DNA from: Thermoplasmatales archaeon
GTDB taxonomy: Archaea > Thermoplasmatota > E2 > UBA202 > JdFR-43
Length of the DNA stretch: 64,000 bases
NCBI GenBank assembly: GCA_014361195.1
Contig: JACIWA010000003.1
Coordinates: forward strand, 131,894 to 195,893
Direction: 5' to 3'
Positions 39,514-49,774 of the stretch are shown piece after piece (positions within the stretch are counted from its first letter, which is position 1; the number at the start of each line of letters is the position of its first letter). Under the pieces are notes generated by a model that did no database searches, was not told the DNA's origin, and was given only the letters and a program-made list of their open reading frames with translations. The position numbers were made by a program, and so were the translations under genes.

Positions 39514-40206
39514 TTACTCACCCATCCTTTTTTTAAATAAATATATAAGATTGTTCCATCCATCCCTCCATGATTGTATTTTTGCCCTTCCTTCCCTTTC
39601 ATATAAAAAAGAATCTATTTCTTTAGCCCCTGCTTTTTTAAACATTTCAATTTTTATTTCTTCAGAGAAAGCCATTCCATCACTAAATTCCTCTATGTTT
39701 TTTATTTTTTTAATTGCATCCTTCCTTATTATCCACATCCCAGATTGGGAATCTTTTATTTTTAGCCCGTATAAAATGCGGAGGGTTAATGATAGAATTA
39801 AATTCCCGATGAGATGCTTAAAAGACATTGCTCCTTTCTCAAGCCCAGCAAACCTGTTTGTTGTTATAAAATCAAGATTTTCTTTAAGCAGGATATCAAC
39901 ATATTCATGGGCAATTTCAAAGGGATAGGTTGCATCTGCATCCCCTGTAATTATTATTTCCCCGCTTGCTTTACTCAACCCTGTTTTATATGCTCTTCCA
40001 TATCCCTTTCTTGGCTCAATTATTATTTTTGCCCCCTTTTCTTTTGCAATCTCTCTTGTCGCATCTTTTGAATTTCCATCAACTACAATAATTTCTACAT
40101 CCATTCCTCTTTTCTTAAATTCTTCCTTGTTGATTTTATCAATTGTCCTTCCTATTCCTTTCTCTTCATTTAGTGCGGGTATAACAAAGCTAACTTTCAT
40201 TATCAA
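39514..40206 (-). CDS. Family 2 glycosyltransferase (dolichyl-phosphate sugar synthase-like)
   Basis: VIPALNEE...IIVVDGNSKD...ITGDADATY, the GT-A DxD pattern. Confidence 0.8.
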   Translation of the reverse strand: MIMKVSFVIPALNEEKGIGRTIDKINKEEFKKRGMDVEIIVVDGNSKDATREIAKEKGAKIIIEPRKGYGRAYKTGLSKASGEIIITGDADATYPFEIAHEYVDILLKENLDFITTNRFAGLEKGAMSFKHLIGNLILSLTLRILYGLKIKDSQSGMWIIRKDAIKKIKNIEEFSDGMAFSEEIKIEMFKKAGAKEIDSFLYEREGRAKIQSWRDGWNNLIYLFKKRMGE

Positions 40207-40277
40207 GATAATATGACTAACTTATATTTTTTTGGTTTTTGCTGAAAAGATTTTTATTCTTCCCATCTTTTATTTTT

Positions 40278-40715
40278 ATGAAAGTAATGATAGTTATGGC
40301 CTCGCCAAGTGATGAAGGCATTGGAAAAAAAGCTGCAGAAGTCCTTGAAAAATTTGGTGTGCCATATGAAATGGTATTCGCCTCCGCTCACAGAACACCC
40401 GAAAAGATAAAAGAAATTGCAGAAAGTGACGCGGATATATTTATTGCGATCGCTGGCCTATCAGCAGCCCTTCCAGGAAGTATTGCCTCCCTTACAACAA
40501 AGCCGGTTATAGGTGTGCCAGTCTCAGGAAAGCTCAACTTGGATGCCATTCTTTCAATTGTGCAGATGCCGCCGGGCGTGCCTGTCGCTGCGGTGGGGCT
40601 TGATAGAGGAGAAAATGCTGCCCTGCTTGCGGTGGAGATTCTTGCTCTAAAGTATGAAGGGCTTGTGGAAAAGCTTGAGGAGGAAAGAAAAAGAGCGAGG
40701 GAGAAATATGCTTGA
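40278..40715 (+). CDS. purE: N5-carboxyaminoimidazole ribonucleotide mutase PurE
   Basis: [12 protein letters not shown]...ASAHRTPE...AGLSAALPG. Confidence 0.85.
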   Translation: MKVMIVMASPSDEGIGKKAAEVLEKFGVPYEMVFASAHRTPEKIKEIAESDADIFIAIAGLSAALPGSIASLTTKPVIGVPVSGKLNLDAILSIVQMPPGVPVAAVGLDRGENAALLAVEILALKYEGLVEKLEEERKRAREKYA

Positions 40716-41652
40716 TGAAAAGGAGTTTGTTGAGGAAGCGGTTGGGAAGCTTAGGAGGGAAGTTAAAGGGAAGGCAATAATTGCGGTATCTGGTGGGGTT
40801 GATTCTGCGGTTGCTGCAAAAATAGGGAGCATTGCTCTCGGGAAAAATTTGATTGCGGTTCATGTTGATACTGGCTTAATGAGAGAAGGAGAAAGTGAAG
40901 AAGTTAGGAAATTTTATGAAGGGAAGGATATAAACTTCATTTTTGTTGACGCAAGCAAAGATTTCATAAGTGCTTTAAAAGGCGTCGTTGATCCCGAAGA
41001 AAAAAGGAGAATAATAGGGGAAAAGTTTATAAGAATATTTGAAGAAATTGCAAAAAAAGAAAATGCGGAATATTTAATTCAGGGCACAATTGCACCAGAT
41101 TGGATTGAGAGTGGAGGAGGGGTCAGGGATAGAATAAAGAGTCACCATAATGTTGCTGGATTGCCTGAGAAAATAAGCTTTAAGATAATTGAGCCATTGA
41201 GAGAGCTATACAAGGATGAGGTAAGAAAAGTTGCAAAATATCTTGGGATAGAGACTCATGAAAGACAGCCATTTCCTGGGCCAGGGCTTGCGGTAAGGAT
41301 ATTAGGAGAAGTAAATGAGGAAAGAATAAAAATTGTTAGGAAAGCATGCAAAATTGTTGAAGAAGAAATAGAAAATTTTTGCAAGGAGAGAAATATGGCA
41401 AAACCTTGGCAATATTTTGCGGTTTTATTGCCTGTTAGAAGTGTTGGGGTTCATGGTGATAGAAGAGCTTATGGTTATACAATAGCTATAAGAAGTGTTG
41501 ATTCTTCTGATGCAATGAGTGCGAGCTATTCAAAATTGCCTCACGAGCTTCTTGAAAAAATTGCGAGCAGAATAGTGAATGAAATAAAGGATGTGAATAG
41601 AGTTGTATATGATATTTCAAACAAACCACCAGCAACAATTGAATGGGAATAA
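40708..41652 (+). CDS. guaA: GMP synthase subunit B (ATP pyrophosphatase domain)
   Basis: PP-loop AVSGGVDS plus a C-terminal dimerisation region. The start overlaps the purE stop by 8 nt. Confidence 0.85.
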   Translation: MLDEKEFVEEAVGKLRREVKGKAIIAVSGGVDSAVAAKIGSIALGKNLIAVHVDTGLMREGESEEVRKFYEGKDINFIFVDASKDFISALKGVVDPEEKRRIIGEKFIRIFEEIAKKENAEYLIQGTIAPDWIESGGGVRDRIKSHHNVAGLPEKISFKIIEPLRELYKDEVRKVAKYLGIETHERQPFPGPGLAVRILGEVNEERIKIVRKACKIVEEEIENFCKERNMAKPWQYFAVLLPVRSVGVHGDRRAYGYTIAIRSVDSSDAMSASYSKLPHELLEKIASRIVNEIKDVNRVVYDISNKPPATIEWE

Positions 41653-42289
41653 AATGGAATGGGAAAAATGGGAAAATATATATAAAGAAATTTTAGAAGA
41701 TTTTGGTTATAACAAGGAAAAAGATGAAGAAAGTGCCAAAATTGCGGAAGAATTATCCTCAAAAAATAAAAAGGCGGATGAAAATTATTTAAGAGATATT
41801 ATTGAAGGAAGGGTTGTAAGTGTATGTGGTGCAGCAATTTCTGGGGAGGATATAAAGAAAATTGAGGGATTAATAATTTCTGCGGATGAAACAACATCTT
41901 TTTTGATAAAAAATGGAATTTATCCAGATATAATAGTAACTGATCTAGATGGAAATATGGAAGATATATTAAAAGCAAATGAAAATGGGAGCCTAGTGAT
42001 AGTCCATGCTCACGGAGATAATATAGAGCTAATAAAAAAATATTTAACAAAATTTAAAGGAATTATAATGATAACAACTCAATCAAAACCTCATGGAAGT
42101 GTTTATAACTTTGGTGGGTTTACAGATGGAGATAGGGCATATTGTATTGCAAAGCATTTCAATGCAAAGAGAATAAATTTAATCGGGTTTAATCTTTCAA
42201 ATCCAATTAAAAAAGAAGGGAAAAAATTAGAAATTAAAAGAAAAAAATTAGAATGGGCTAAGAAAATTATGGATACATGTAGTCAGTGA
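41651..42289 (+). CDS. mptE: 6-hydroxymethyl-7,8-dihydropterin pyrophosphokinase, archaeal MptE-like (DUF115)
   Basis: TDLDG and HAHGDN motifs. About 210 aa. Confidence 0.55.
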   Translation, partial: KMEWEKWENIYKEILEDFGYNKEKDEESAKIAEELSSKNKKADENYLRDIIEGRVVSVCGAAISGEDIKKIEGLIISADETTSFLIKNGIYPDIIVTDLDGNMEDILKANENGSLVIVHAHGDNIELIKKYLTKFKGIIMITTQSKPHGSVYNFGGFTDGDRAYCIAKHFNAKRINLIGFNLSNPIKKEGKKLEIKRKKLEWAKKIMDTCSQ

Positions 42290-43154
42290 AGTTGTCCACA
42301 TAGAAAGGATCTACTTTTATTGCATACTTCTTTGCCCACTCCTTCATTTTTTGCACCGCATATGCAGAATCTTGCTCAAAATTATTATAGAAATTCCACC
42401 CTTCCATTTGATAGTATGTAAATACTCCATTTTTCATTGTTGAATCTCCATCATATGAATATTGTTTATTGCTTGCAAAAGCCCCAAGTCTGTTTGTTAT
42501 AACCGCTTTCTGAAAATCTCCTATTTGACATGCATCAAATGCAAAATAGATGTGTGATGAATCCGCACTGCTGAATTTTGATACAAACCAGCTGTTTGTC
42601 ATCAAATACATGTCATGTGAAATCATACATGATCCATATTTTCTATATCTTGCTCCATGACCTGAATATGTAAATACCACATAGTCATCCGCATCTTCAT
42701 TTGCAAGTAGCTGATTTATTGCATTATCTATGTTGGTTGCGGTCGCCTGGCTGTCTAAGATGATTGTTACACTATATCCCTTTCCCTGTAGGAAATTTTT
42801 CCAATCCACAGCGTCATCATCGCAATAATTCAAATCATTTGATGTTCCTTCATAATCTGATATTCCTATGCAGAGAGCCCATTTCCTAATTACTCCATCT
42901 CCCGTGGTGGCTTTTGGTGTTATATCTGTTGTTTCAATTTTATCAGATTTTGCAATCCTGGCAAAATTTTCATAATTTACAACTTCACCATCATTTATAT
43001 CTAATATAACACCTTCTTCTGTATATAACGGAACAACCTTTCTTGTTTCCATGTATATTCTTGCCTTAAAATTTGTATCATTGCTTTTTTCACTATATGT
43101 CATGCTAACACAAAGCATTATTACAACTAAAAATATAGCCAATATTTTATTCAT
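42267..43154 (-). CDS. Secreted clan-CD cysteine peptidase (caspase/legumain/gingipain-like)
   Basis: A signal peptide, then a His-Gly dyad in FTYSGHG and a catalytic Cys in FDACQ. The order His...Cys is typical of clan CD. Confidence 0.5.
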   Translation of the reverse strand: MNKILAIFLVVIMLCVSMTYSEKSNDTNFKARIYMETRKVVPLYTEEGVILDINDGEVVNYENFARIAKSDKIETTDITPKATTGDGVIRKWALCIGISDYEGTSNDLNYCDDDAVDWKNFLQGKGYSVTIILDSQATATNIDNAINQLLANEDADDYVVFTYSGHGARYRKYGSCMISHDMYLMTNSWFVSKFSSADSSHIYFAFDACQIGDFQKAVITNRLGAFASNKQYSYDGDSTMKNGVFTYYQMEGWNFYNNFEQDSAYAVQKMKEWAKKYAIKVDPFYVDNFTDYMYP

Positions 43155-43246
43155 TTTTATCACTATACTAAACACAAATCCCATTTAAATATTTTACCCA
43201 AAAATTTTTTATAAATGTTACATTACAATACTTACAGGGTGATAAT

Positions 43247-43510
43247 ATGAAAAGCGATGAATTGAAGAATGTATATAGGATGCTCGAAGAACTATCAGAA
43301 GATATATCTGTCCCAAGAAATGTTAGGAGAGGGGCAAAAGAAGCGATGGATGCTCTTAATAGAAAGGATGAAAGCTTAGATGTTAAAATAGCATCCGCTA
43401 TCTCTATCCTGGATGAAGTAGCAAATGACCCAAATACACCTATTCATGGTAGAACCGCGATCTGGAATATAATGGGTGCTCTGGAAAGCATTTCAGCAAA
43501 AATAAAATAA
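43247..43510 (+). CDS. UPF0147-family conserved archaeal protein
   Basis: VPRNVRRGAKEAMDAL....AISILDEVANDPNTPIHGRTAIWNI matches the UPF0147 pattern. Confidence 0.6.
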   Translation: MKSDELKNVYRMLEELSEDISVPRNVRRGAKEAMDALNRKDESLDVKIASAISILDEVANDPNTPIHGRTAIWNIMGALESISAKIK

Positions 43511-43525
43511 AAAAAGGGAAGAGGT

Positions 43526-43729
43526 TTATTTTTTCTTCAAGAATGGCAAGCCAGTCCTTGGGTTTTCTACCACTGTGTAGCCGGGGGGCATGTCGCATTG
43601 TTTGCCACTCTTTGGTTTTCCTGAGCTAAAGAAGTATATTGTTTGCTTTTTCCCCCCTTTCAGTGTAACATCTCTTGTATAAAGTGTGTATTTCTTTTTG
43701 TTTTTCTTGCTTATGTATTCGTAGGCCAT
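43526..43729 (-). CDS. Small basic hypothetical protein (67 aa)
   Basis: An ORF with a good start and Lys-rich ends. No recognised motif. Confidence 0.3.
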   Translation of the reverse strand: MAYEYISKKNKKKYTLYTRDVTLKGGKKQTIYFFSSGKPKSGKQCDMPPGYTVVENPRTGLPFLKKK

Positions 43730-43835
43730 TTTTATCGCCTCCTTATAGATATGTAATAGGAGAATTTAAACCCTTCGATATTTTCAGGGATAAGCTTAAA
43801 AAGGATTTTATATCATTTTTCAATTACCCGTTTAA

Positions 43836-44636
43836 ATGTTGATAGTAAAGGCATTGCTATGGTATATATCCTTATTGTTGGTTCTGATGTGCATTGGAAT
43901 ATTGATATTTGACGAGGAAAGAAAAATATCAAGGAAAACATGTTATAGGAGAGTTAAAGATGGGATGGGCTATTTAATCATACTCATATTTGTTATGGTT
44001 ATGATAAAAATTGAGAATATATTGCAGGATAATTTTTCAATAGGTCGCGATTTTACACCCCTGATATATGGAATTGAAGGAACCTCTCATATAGTTTTTT
44101 TACAAAATTTAATTAATAACAATTTTTTCATTCATTTTGTCTCTGTATTTTATCTTGTATCATTCATGTATGTAATTATCTTCACCCCCATTATTTTTAT
44201 TTTGAGAGGAGAAGAAAATTTTGCAAAGATTTCAACATATGCAATATTGATAAACTACTTAGTACTTGTTCCTTTCTATCTCTTTTTTAATGTGAGTGTT
44301 ACATCTTCATATCCTGAGGTAAAGCCAATATTATATTCAAATCCAAATTATATGTCACTCGTCCTCCTTGCGGATAGATTAACTGATAATTTTCCAAGTG
44401 GCCATATAAGTGTTCTTGTTCCCCTTTCTCTTATTGTTTTTTCTCATCCAAATATGAAAAGATATAAAATTTTAGTATTTTTCACAACAATTTTTATGCC
44501 CTTTGTCATTCTTTATCTTGGAATACACTGGTTGATGGATATTTTTTCTGGTTTAATACTCGGCATCTCATCTTATTTCATCGCAAAAAATGAAAAAGCG
44601 AGCAAATTTTTTGACAAAATTATAGGAAAATTTTAA
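43836..44636 (+). CDS. PAP2-superfamily membrane phosphatase
   Basis: Polytopic, with the PAP2 motifs PSGH and HWLMD. Confidence 0.55.
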   Translation: MLIVKALLWYISLLLVLMCIGILIFDEERKISRKTCYRRVKDGMGYLIILIFVMVMIKIENILQDNFSIGRDFTPLIYGIEGTSHIVFLQNLINNNFFIHFVSVFYLVSFMYVIIFTPIIFILRGEENFAKISTYAILINYLVLVPFYLFFNVSVTSSYPEVKPILYSNPNYMSLVLLADRLTDNFPSGHISVLVPLSLIVFSHPNMKRYKILVFFTTIFMPFVILYLGIHWLMDIFSGLILGISSYFIAKNEKASKFFDKIIGKF

Positions 44637-44659
44637 ATTTAAGAAAACTCTATTATCTA

Positions 44660-45253
44660 ATGAAAAAAATAATTTGTTTCCTGTTCATAATGCTTATATC
44701 AATTACTTTGGCGGATGAAAAAGAAGTTGAGAATATAGGCATTGCAAATGAAGAAATTTTGATAAAAGGAAAAGATGTTTTTGAGGATATAAATTTTAAG
44801 AACATAGGTAAAAAAATTTATACTGAAAATATAAAAATATGGATTTGCTCAATTGATGCAGAGGTATCAATTGAAGGAAAAAGATTTAAATATGAAGCGG
44901 GGAACAATACAATAGATATTTGCCTGAAAGATTTTGATATTGTTTTACTGCCAGGAAAAAATCTGATTGTAAGATTGCATTATTTAATAGATAAGAAATT
45001 TGAGAAAAAGATAATATATCCAACGGATCAAATTGAAATAAAAATAATAACAGATAGCTTTTTAAGAGCAAATATCCCTATAAAATACGAAAACAACACC
45101 TATTATTCTTCATATAAGCCAAAGATAAATGAGTTTTTGCTCGTAGAATTTCAGGAAAATGAGAAGAGTATCGATCCCATCTTTATCTCCATAGGAATAT
45201 TTGCAATATTTTTAGGACTGCTGATAATATACTTAATTTTCAGAAGGTTATAG
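44660..45253 (+). CDS. Secreted hypothetical protein with a C-terminal DPIF / hydrophobic helix / RR tail
   Basis: Signal peptide MKKIICFLFIMLISITLA. The C-terminus ends ...IDPIFISIGIFAIFLGLLIIYLIFRRL. Confidence 0.45.
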   Translation: MKKIICFLFIMLISITLADEKEVENIGIANEEILIKGKDVFEDINFKNIGKKIYTENIKIWICSIDAEVSIEGKRFKYEAGNNTIDICLKDFDIVLLPGKNLIVRLHYLIDKKFEKKIIYPTDQIEIKIITDSFLRANIPIKYENNTYYSSYKPKINEFLLVEFQENEKSIDPIFISIGIFAIFLGLLIIYLIFRRL

Positions 45254-45664
45254 ATTATTTTCTATCCATTCCTTTAACATATCTGCGGGCATTGCCCCAA
45301 CATTTCTATTAATAATTTCACCATTTTTTAAAATCAAGACAGTGGGAATGCTCATTATCCCAAACCTCTCGCATAATTTTTCATTTTCATCAGTATTAAC
45401 TTTTCCAAAAATTGCCCTCCCCTTCATCTCTTTTGCAACTTCTTCAAAAATAGGCGAGAAAAACTTACAAGGCCCACACCATGGAGCCCAAAAATCTACT
45501 ACTATTACAGGATATTTTTTAATAATTTCATCAAAATTTTTATCTGTAAGAGTAATTGGTTTATCATCAAATTTCTTTTCCTTTATCATGTCTTTTATAA
45601 TTTTTCTCCTTATTTCATCTATCTCGCTCATGCCAGTAAAATCAAAAGAAATATATAAAACCAT
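45248..45664 (-). CDS. trxA: Thioredoxin
   Basis: WAPWCGPCK active site. 138 aa. Confidence 0.8.
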   Translation of the reverse strand: MVLYISFDFTGMSEIDEIRRKIIKDMIKEKKFDDKPITLTDKNFDEIIKKYPVIVVDFWAPWCGPCKFFSPIFEEVAKEMKGRAIFGKVNTDENEKLCERFGIMSIPTVLILKNGEIINRNVGAMPADMLKEWIENNL

Positions 45665-45677
45665 TCTAAATTATGTC

Positions 45678-46415
45678 ATGGACTTCAGGCTGATATTAGA
45701 TTCTCATAGAAGTGCCTTTTCAAATATGGCAATAGATGAGGCAATTCTTAGGATTGGGAAACCAACTCTCCGCCTTTATAAATGGAACCCTTCAGCAATT
45801 TCCATAGGTTATTTCCAGAGCATAGAAGAGGAAGTGAATATCCCTGTATGCAAAAGGGAGGGTATAGATGTGGTGAGGCGCATAACTGGCGGGGGCGCGG
45901 TGTATCATGATTGTGAGGGAGAGATAACTTATTCTTTTGTATCCCCCGTCCATTTTTTGCCCGAGAGAACGATTGATATATACAGGGTTATATGTTCTTC
46001 AATTGCAAATGGATTGAATAAGATAGGGGTAGGAGCGAGTTTATCTGGAATAAATGATATAGTTGTTAATGGAAAAAAAATCTCAGGGAGTGCTCAGACG
46101 AAAAGGGATAAAAAAATTCTTCAGCACGGAACAATATTAGTAAGAGTAAATGTTGAAAAAATGTTTTCTCTTCTCAAAATAAGCAAGGAAAAAATAAGTG
46201 ATAAGGAAATAAAGAGGGTTGAGGATAGAGTTACTTCTATAGAAAGAGAATTGGGATACGTGAGCAATGAAAAAATTATTGATGCAATAATTGATGGATT
46301 TGCTGAAAACATGAAAATAGATTTTTATAAGGGTGAATTTGAAGAGGAGGAAATAAATTTAGCAAAAATTCTGGAGGAAAAATATGCAAGCAAAGAATGG
46401 AATTTTAAAAGGTGA
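45678..46415 (+). CDS. lplA: Lipoate-protein ligase A, N-terminal catalytic domain (split form)
   Basis: ...RRITGGGAVYHD...ISGSAQTKRDKKILQHGT (the lipoyl-AMP binding lysine region). Start at the internal Met (MDFRLILD) of ORF 45342. Confidence 0.75.
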   Translation: MDFRLILDSHRSAFSNMAIDEAILRIGKPTLRLYKWNPSAISIGYFQSIEEEVNIPVCKREGIDVVRRITGGGAVYHDCEGEITYSFVSPVHFLPERTIDIYRVICSSIANGLNKIGVGASLSGINDIVVNGKKISGSAQTKRDKKILQHGTILVRVNVEKMFSLLKISKEKISDKEIKRVEDRVTSIERELGYVSNEKIIDAIIDGFAENMKIDFYKGEFEEEEINLAKILEEKYASKEWNFKR

Positions 46416-46668
46416 GTTTAAGGTAAAAAATGGCAAATTAATCAAGTGCAAAATAGTATTAAGTAAATCAATAATTGAAGATATAAAATTTCATGGAGAT
46501 TTTTTTATTTATCCAGAAGAAAAGATTGAAGAAATTGAAGAGAAAATGAAAGGAATAAAATATGAAGAAAATGAAATAAGAAAAGCATTATATGAAAGTT
46601 TTGCTGGAGTAGAAATCATAGGAGCGGATATAGAGGATTTTTTAAAAGCAATAATGGATGCAAAATAA
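46384..46668 (+). CDS. lplB: Lipoate-protein ligase accessory (C-terminal) domain protein LplB
   Basis: A 94-aa protein immediately downstream of, and overlapping, lplA. The arrangement is as described for Thermoplasma acidophilum LplA-N/LplB. Confidence 0.55.
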   Translation: MQAKNGILKGEFKVKNGKLIKCKIVLSKSIIEDIKFHGDFFIYPEEKIEEIEEKMKGIKYEENEIRKALYESFAGVEIIGADIEDFLKAIMDAK

Positions 46669-46695
46669 ATAAAAATATATTTAACATTTCATTTC

Positions 46696-47538
46696 ATGAA
46701 AATAGTTGCAGGCTCATCTTCCAAAAATTTGGCTAAAAGAATTTCTGAAAAGACAAAAATAGAGATGGCAAATATTTTTTTGAAAAGATTTCCAGACGGA
46801 GAATGCTATGTTAGAATAGATGATGAGTTTGATCACGCAATAATTGTACAAAATACCTATCCTGATGAAAATATAGTTGAACTTTTTTTAATTCAAGATG
46901 CGGTTAGCAGATTTGCAAAAGAAATAGATATGGTTATTCCTTACTATGGGTATGGTAGGCAGGATAAAATATTTGAAAAAGGAGAAGCTATTAGTGCGGA
47001 GAAAATTGCAAAATTGATTGAAGAAAGTGCGGATAGGATAATTTTAGTAAATCCTCACAAGGAGCATATAAAAAATTTTTTTGGTATAGAGGTAAATATT
47101 TGCGACGCAACCCCATCAATTGCAAAATATTTTGATAGAAAGGTAGATGTGGTAATTTCGCCGGATGAAGGGGCAATTGAAATTGCTAAAAAGTGTGCGG
47201 AAATTTTAAATTGCGATTATCACTATTTCAGGAAAAAAAGATTAAGTGAGAATGAAGTAATCATGGAATTAAAAGATATGAATGTAGAAGGAAAAAGAGC
47301 ATTGGTTTTAGATGATATAATATCTACTGGTGGAACAATGAAAAAAGCAATCGAAATGCTAAAAAATCAGGGAGCAAAAGAAATTTATACCGCATGTATT
47401 CACGGCCTATTTATAGCTAATGCGGATGAGAAAATATTAAATGCGGGATGTAATAAGATTGTATCAACTGATACAATAGAAACAAAGTATAGCGAGGTTA
47501 GTGTTGCAAACGAAATTTCTAAATATCTCTATTCTTGA
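46696..47538 (+). CDS. prs: Ribose-phosphate pyrophosphokinase
   Basis: PRPP-binding motif VLDDIISTGGTM plus an N-terminal KIVAGSS. Confidence 0.85.
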   Translation: MKIVAGSSSKNLAKRISEKTKIEMANIFLKRFPDGECYVRIDDEFDHAIIVQNTYPDENIVELFLIQDAVSRFAKEIDMVIPYYGYGRQDKIFEKGEAISAEKIAKLIEESADRIILVNPHKEHIKNFFGIEVNICDATPSIAKYFDRKVDVVISPDEGAIEIAKKCAEILNCDYHYFRKKRLSENEVIMELKDMNVEGKRALVLDDIISTGGTMKKAIEMLKNQGAKEIYTACIHGLFIANADEKILNAGCNKIVSTDTIETKYSEVSVANEISKYLYS

Positions 47539-48349
47539 AAAACAGATAAGCTAATACAAGAGATAATATAATCCACATAAGGAGCATTGAAAAAAGAAAA
47601 GTATTGTTATAAAAAGAAGGATAATTAATTTGAATTGGAACTCCTCCTCTTAAAGGTGTAACATTTAAATATACAAGACTTTCAAAAGCACTCACTGGAT
47701 TTAAAGCACTTAAAATGTAGAACCAGTTTGGAGCAAGAAAATTATCATTTAAAATCTGCAAGGGATTTGATTTATATATGATTATAAGCAACCCAAAAAG
47801 TATTATTCCCCATATCATTGAGAAGAGAAACCATGTGAAGATTGCTCCCCCCATGGCGGTCGCCCTCTTTTTAAATAATGAAGAAATCATTATTGAGATT
47901 GCTACATAAACAATTCCTAAAAGTATTGAAAGGGCTATAAAGGAAAAATATTCCATCCATTTAACTTCTTTTACATTCATTCCTATTACAATTCCTGCGA
48001 TCCCAAAACCAATAAAAATTGATGATGCAATTACGCAACTAAGGCCCAAAAATTTCCCGAGCAATACCTCCCATCTTTTCACTGGATATGATAAAACAAT
48101 TGCAAGTGAGCCTCGCTCCTTTTCTCCCGCAATAGTTGCATATCCGAGCATAAGCCCCAGTATAGGAATCAAAAATTCAACAAAACTCATCATACCAACT
48201 ATTGTTGCGGAAAGACTCTGCCATTCGCCTTTGCTGAAATATGAAATAACAAGTGTTAGAATTAAAAATATTGCGGAAAGGGCAATAATCCATTTATTTC
48301 TCCAGTTATCCATGAATTCCTTTTTTGCTATCGCCAAAATTTTATTCAT
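47519..48349 (-). CDS. ABC-2 family transporter permease
   Basis: 276 aa with 6 TM helices. It overlaps the ATPase gene. Confidence 0.65.
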   Translation of the reverse strand: MNKILAIAKKEFMDNWRNKWIIALSAIFLILTLVISYFSKGEWQSLSATIVGMMSFVEFLIPILGLMLGYATIAGEKERGSLAIVLSYPVKRWEVLLGKFLGLSCVIASSIFIGFGIAGIVIGMNVKEVKWMEYFSFIALSILLGIVYVAISIMISSLFKKRATAMGGAIFTWFLFSMIWGIILFGLLIIIYKSNPLQILNDNFLAPNWFYILSALNPVSAFESLVYLNVTPLRGGVPIQINYPSFYNNTFLFSMLLMWIILSLVLAYLFFKNRDI

Positions 48350-49247
48350 TTTTCTTCACCATCTTAACAAATATTTCCTCTAGGGTAGGCTCAACTGTCT
48401 TGAAATCAATTATTTTTCCTCCCGCATTTTCAATCGCATTTATAACACTTGCCTTTGTCTCAGATGAGCATTTTATCTCTATAATATTTCCCTCCATTTT
48501 TGCGTCTTCTACTCCATTCAGTTCCTTTACCACTTTGACCATTTTCTCCGATGGATTCGAAACATTTATTTTCAATTTTGGCTGAATTTTTAATTTTTTA
48601 CTCAATTCTTCAACACTATCTATCGCAATTATACTCCCTTTATTCATTATTGCAACCCTATCACTTAATTCCTGAACTTCAGATAAAACATGGGAGGAGA
48701 GAACTATGGTCGCTCCCTCTTCCTTCATTTTCCTTATTTTATTCCTTATCTCGTATGCTCCAAGTGCATCAAGCCCGCTCGTTGGCTCATCAAGTATTAG
48801 CAAGGGCGGAGAATCCATCAGGCATTGCGCCAGCCCGAGGCGCTGTATCATTCCCTTTGAAAAACCTCCGACTTTCCTGTTAATTGCGTCGCCTAACCCA
48901 ACTTCTTTCAGAATTTCAACGCATTTCTCCTTTTCAAAATCTTTTAACTCCGCAAAAAATTTTAGGGTTTGGAGGGCTGTTAAATTTTCATAAAAAGAAG
49001 GTGATTCTGGCAAATATCCGATGAGTTTTTTCACCTCTCTCTCATTTGAAGAAATATCCATCCCGTTTATCCTTATTTCTCCTTCATCAATTTTTATTAA
49101 GCCAAGAATTGCTTTTATTGTTGTTGTTTTTCCCGCACCATTTGGGCCCAGCAAGGCAAATACCTCGCCCTTTTTAGTCTCAAATGAAATATTTTTGACC
49201 GCAACAAGCCCGTTATATGTTTTCCTTAGATTTTTAACTTCTATCAT
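48342..49247 (-). CDS. ABC transporter ATP-binding protein
   Basis: Walker A GPNGAGKTT, signature FSKGMIQRL and Walker B LLILDEPT. Confidence 0.85.
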   Translation of the reverse strand: MIEVKNLRKTYNGLVAVKNISFETKKGEVFALLGPNGAGKTTTIKAILGLIKIDEGEIRINGMDISSNEREVKKLIGYLPESPSFYENLTALQTLKFFAELKDFEKEKCVEILKEVGLGDAINRKVGGFSKGMIQRLGLAQCLMDSPPLLILDEPTSGLDALGAYEIRNKIRKMKEEGATIVLSSHVLSEVQELSDRVAIMNKGSIIAIDSVEELSKKLKIQPKLKINVSNPSEKMVKVVKELNGVEDAKMEGNIIEIKCSSETKASVINAIENAGGKIIDFKTVEPTLEEIFVKMVKKNE

Positions 49248-49306
49248 TTTCAGGTAAATTGCTTTTTTCTATATAATTTTATGGGATTTGTGATGAAAGC
49301 CAAATT

Positions 49307-49725
49307 TGTAATGACAGCTACATCTTTTTCATTTGCAAGATAATCACGTATATTTATATAGTATTGATCAGCAAGTCATTCAACAAATTAATAAAGCAAC
49401 AAAAGAATATTTTTGAAAACTTTTTCAATAAAAACTCTTTCATAAATATTGCATTGTGAAACATTCTGAATTATCATCTATAATAATGAGAAAATATTGT
49501 TTCCTTTATATCAATTTACCATAAACAAGTGATGATTTAGCTCTAAAATAATTCCAATTTTCCCTTCTCTTTTTATGGAGAAAATCTTTTCTTGTTTCTT
49601 CATTGTTAGTGGTTTGCCTTCCTATCTATTTCAATTGAAGGATTCCTCATACCATTTTCTACCATATATATTTTGAATGAAATACCTTTTATTCTATTCC
49701 TATAGGAAAACTGGGAAATGTCCAT
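49307..49725. repeat. Copy B of the conserved non-coding block set: block 1 at 49307-49333, block 2 at 49591-49632, block 3 at 49697-49725
   Basis: The same three blocks as at 34097-34295, but separated by different spacers (about 285 and 65 nt, against about 120 and 3 nt in copy A). Confidence 0.5.
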
Positions 49726-49774
49726 GTATTTTTTAATTCAAAAATATTTAATAATGTTAAATAATTGCATTAAC

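Noticed and set aside
49285-49345. C/D-box sRNA (GTGATGA C-box at 49291 and AGTGATGA at 49528)
   Set aside because: C-box-like heptamers are present, but there is no CTGA D-box at the expected distance and no terminal stem pairing the ends. The match is likely chance in AT-rich DNA.
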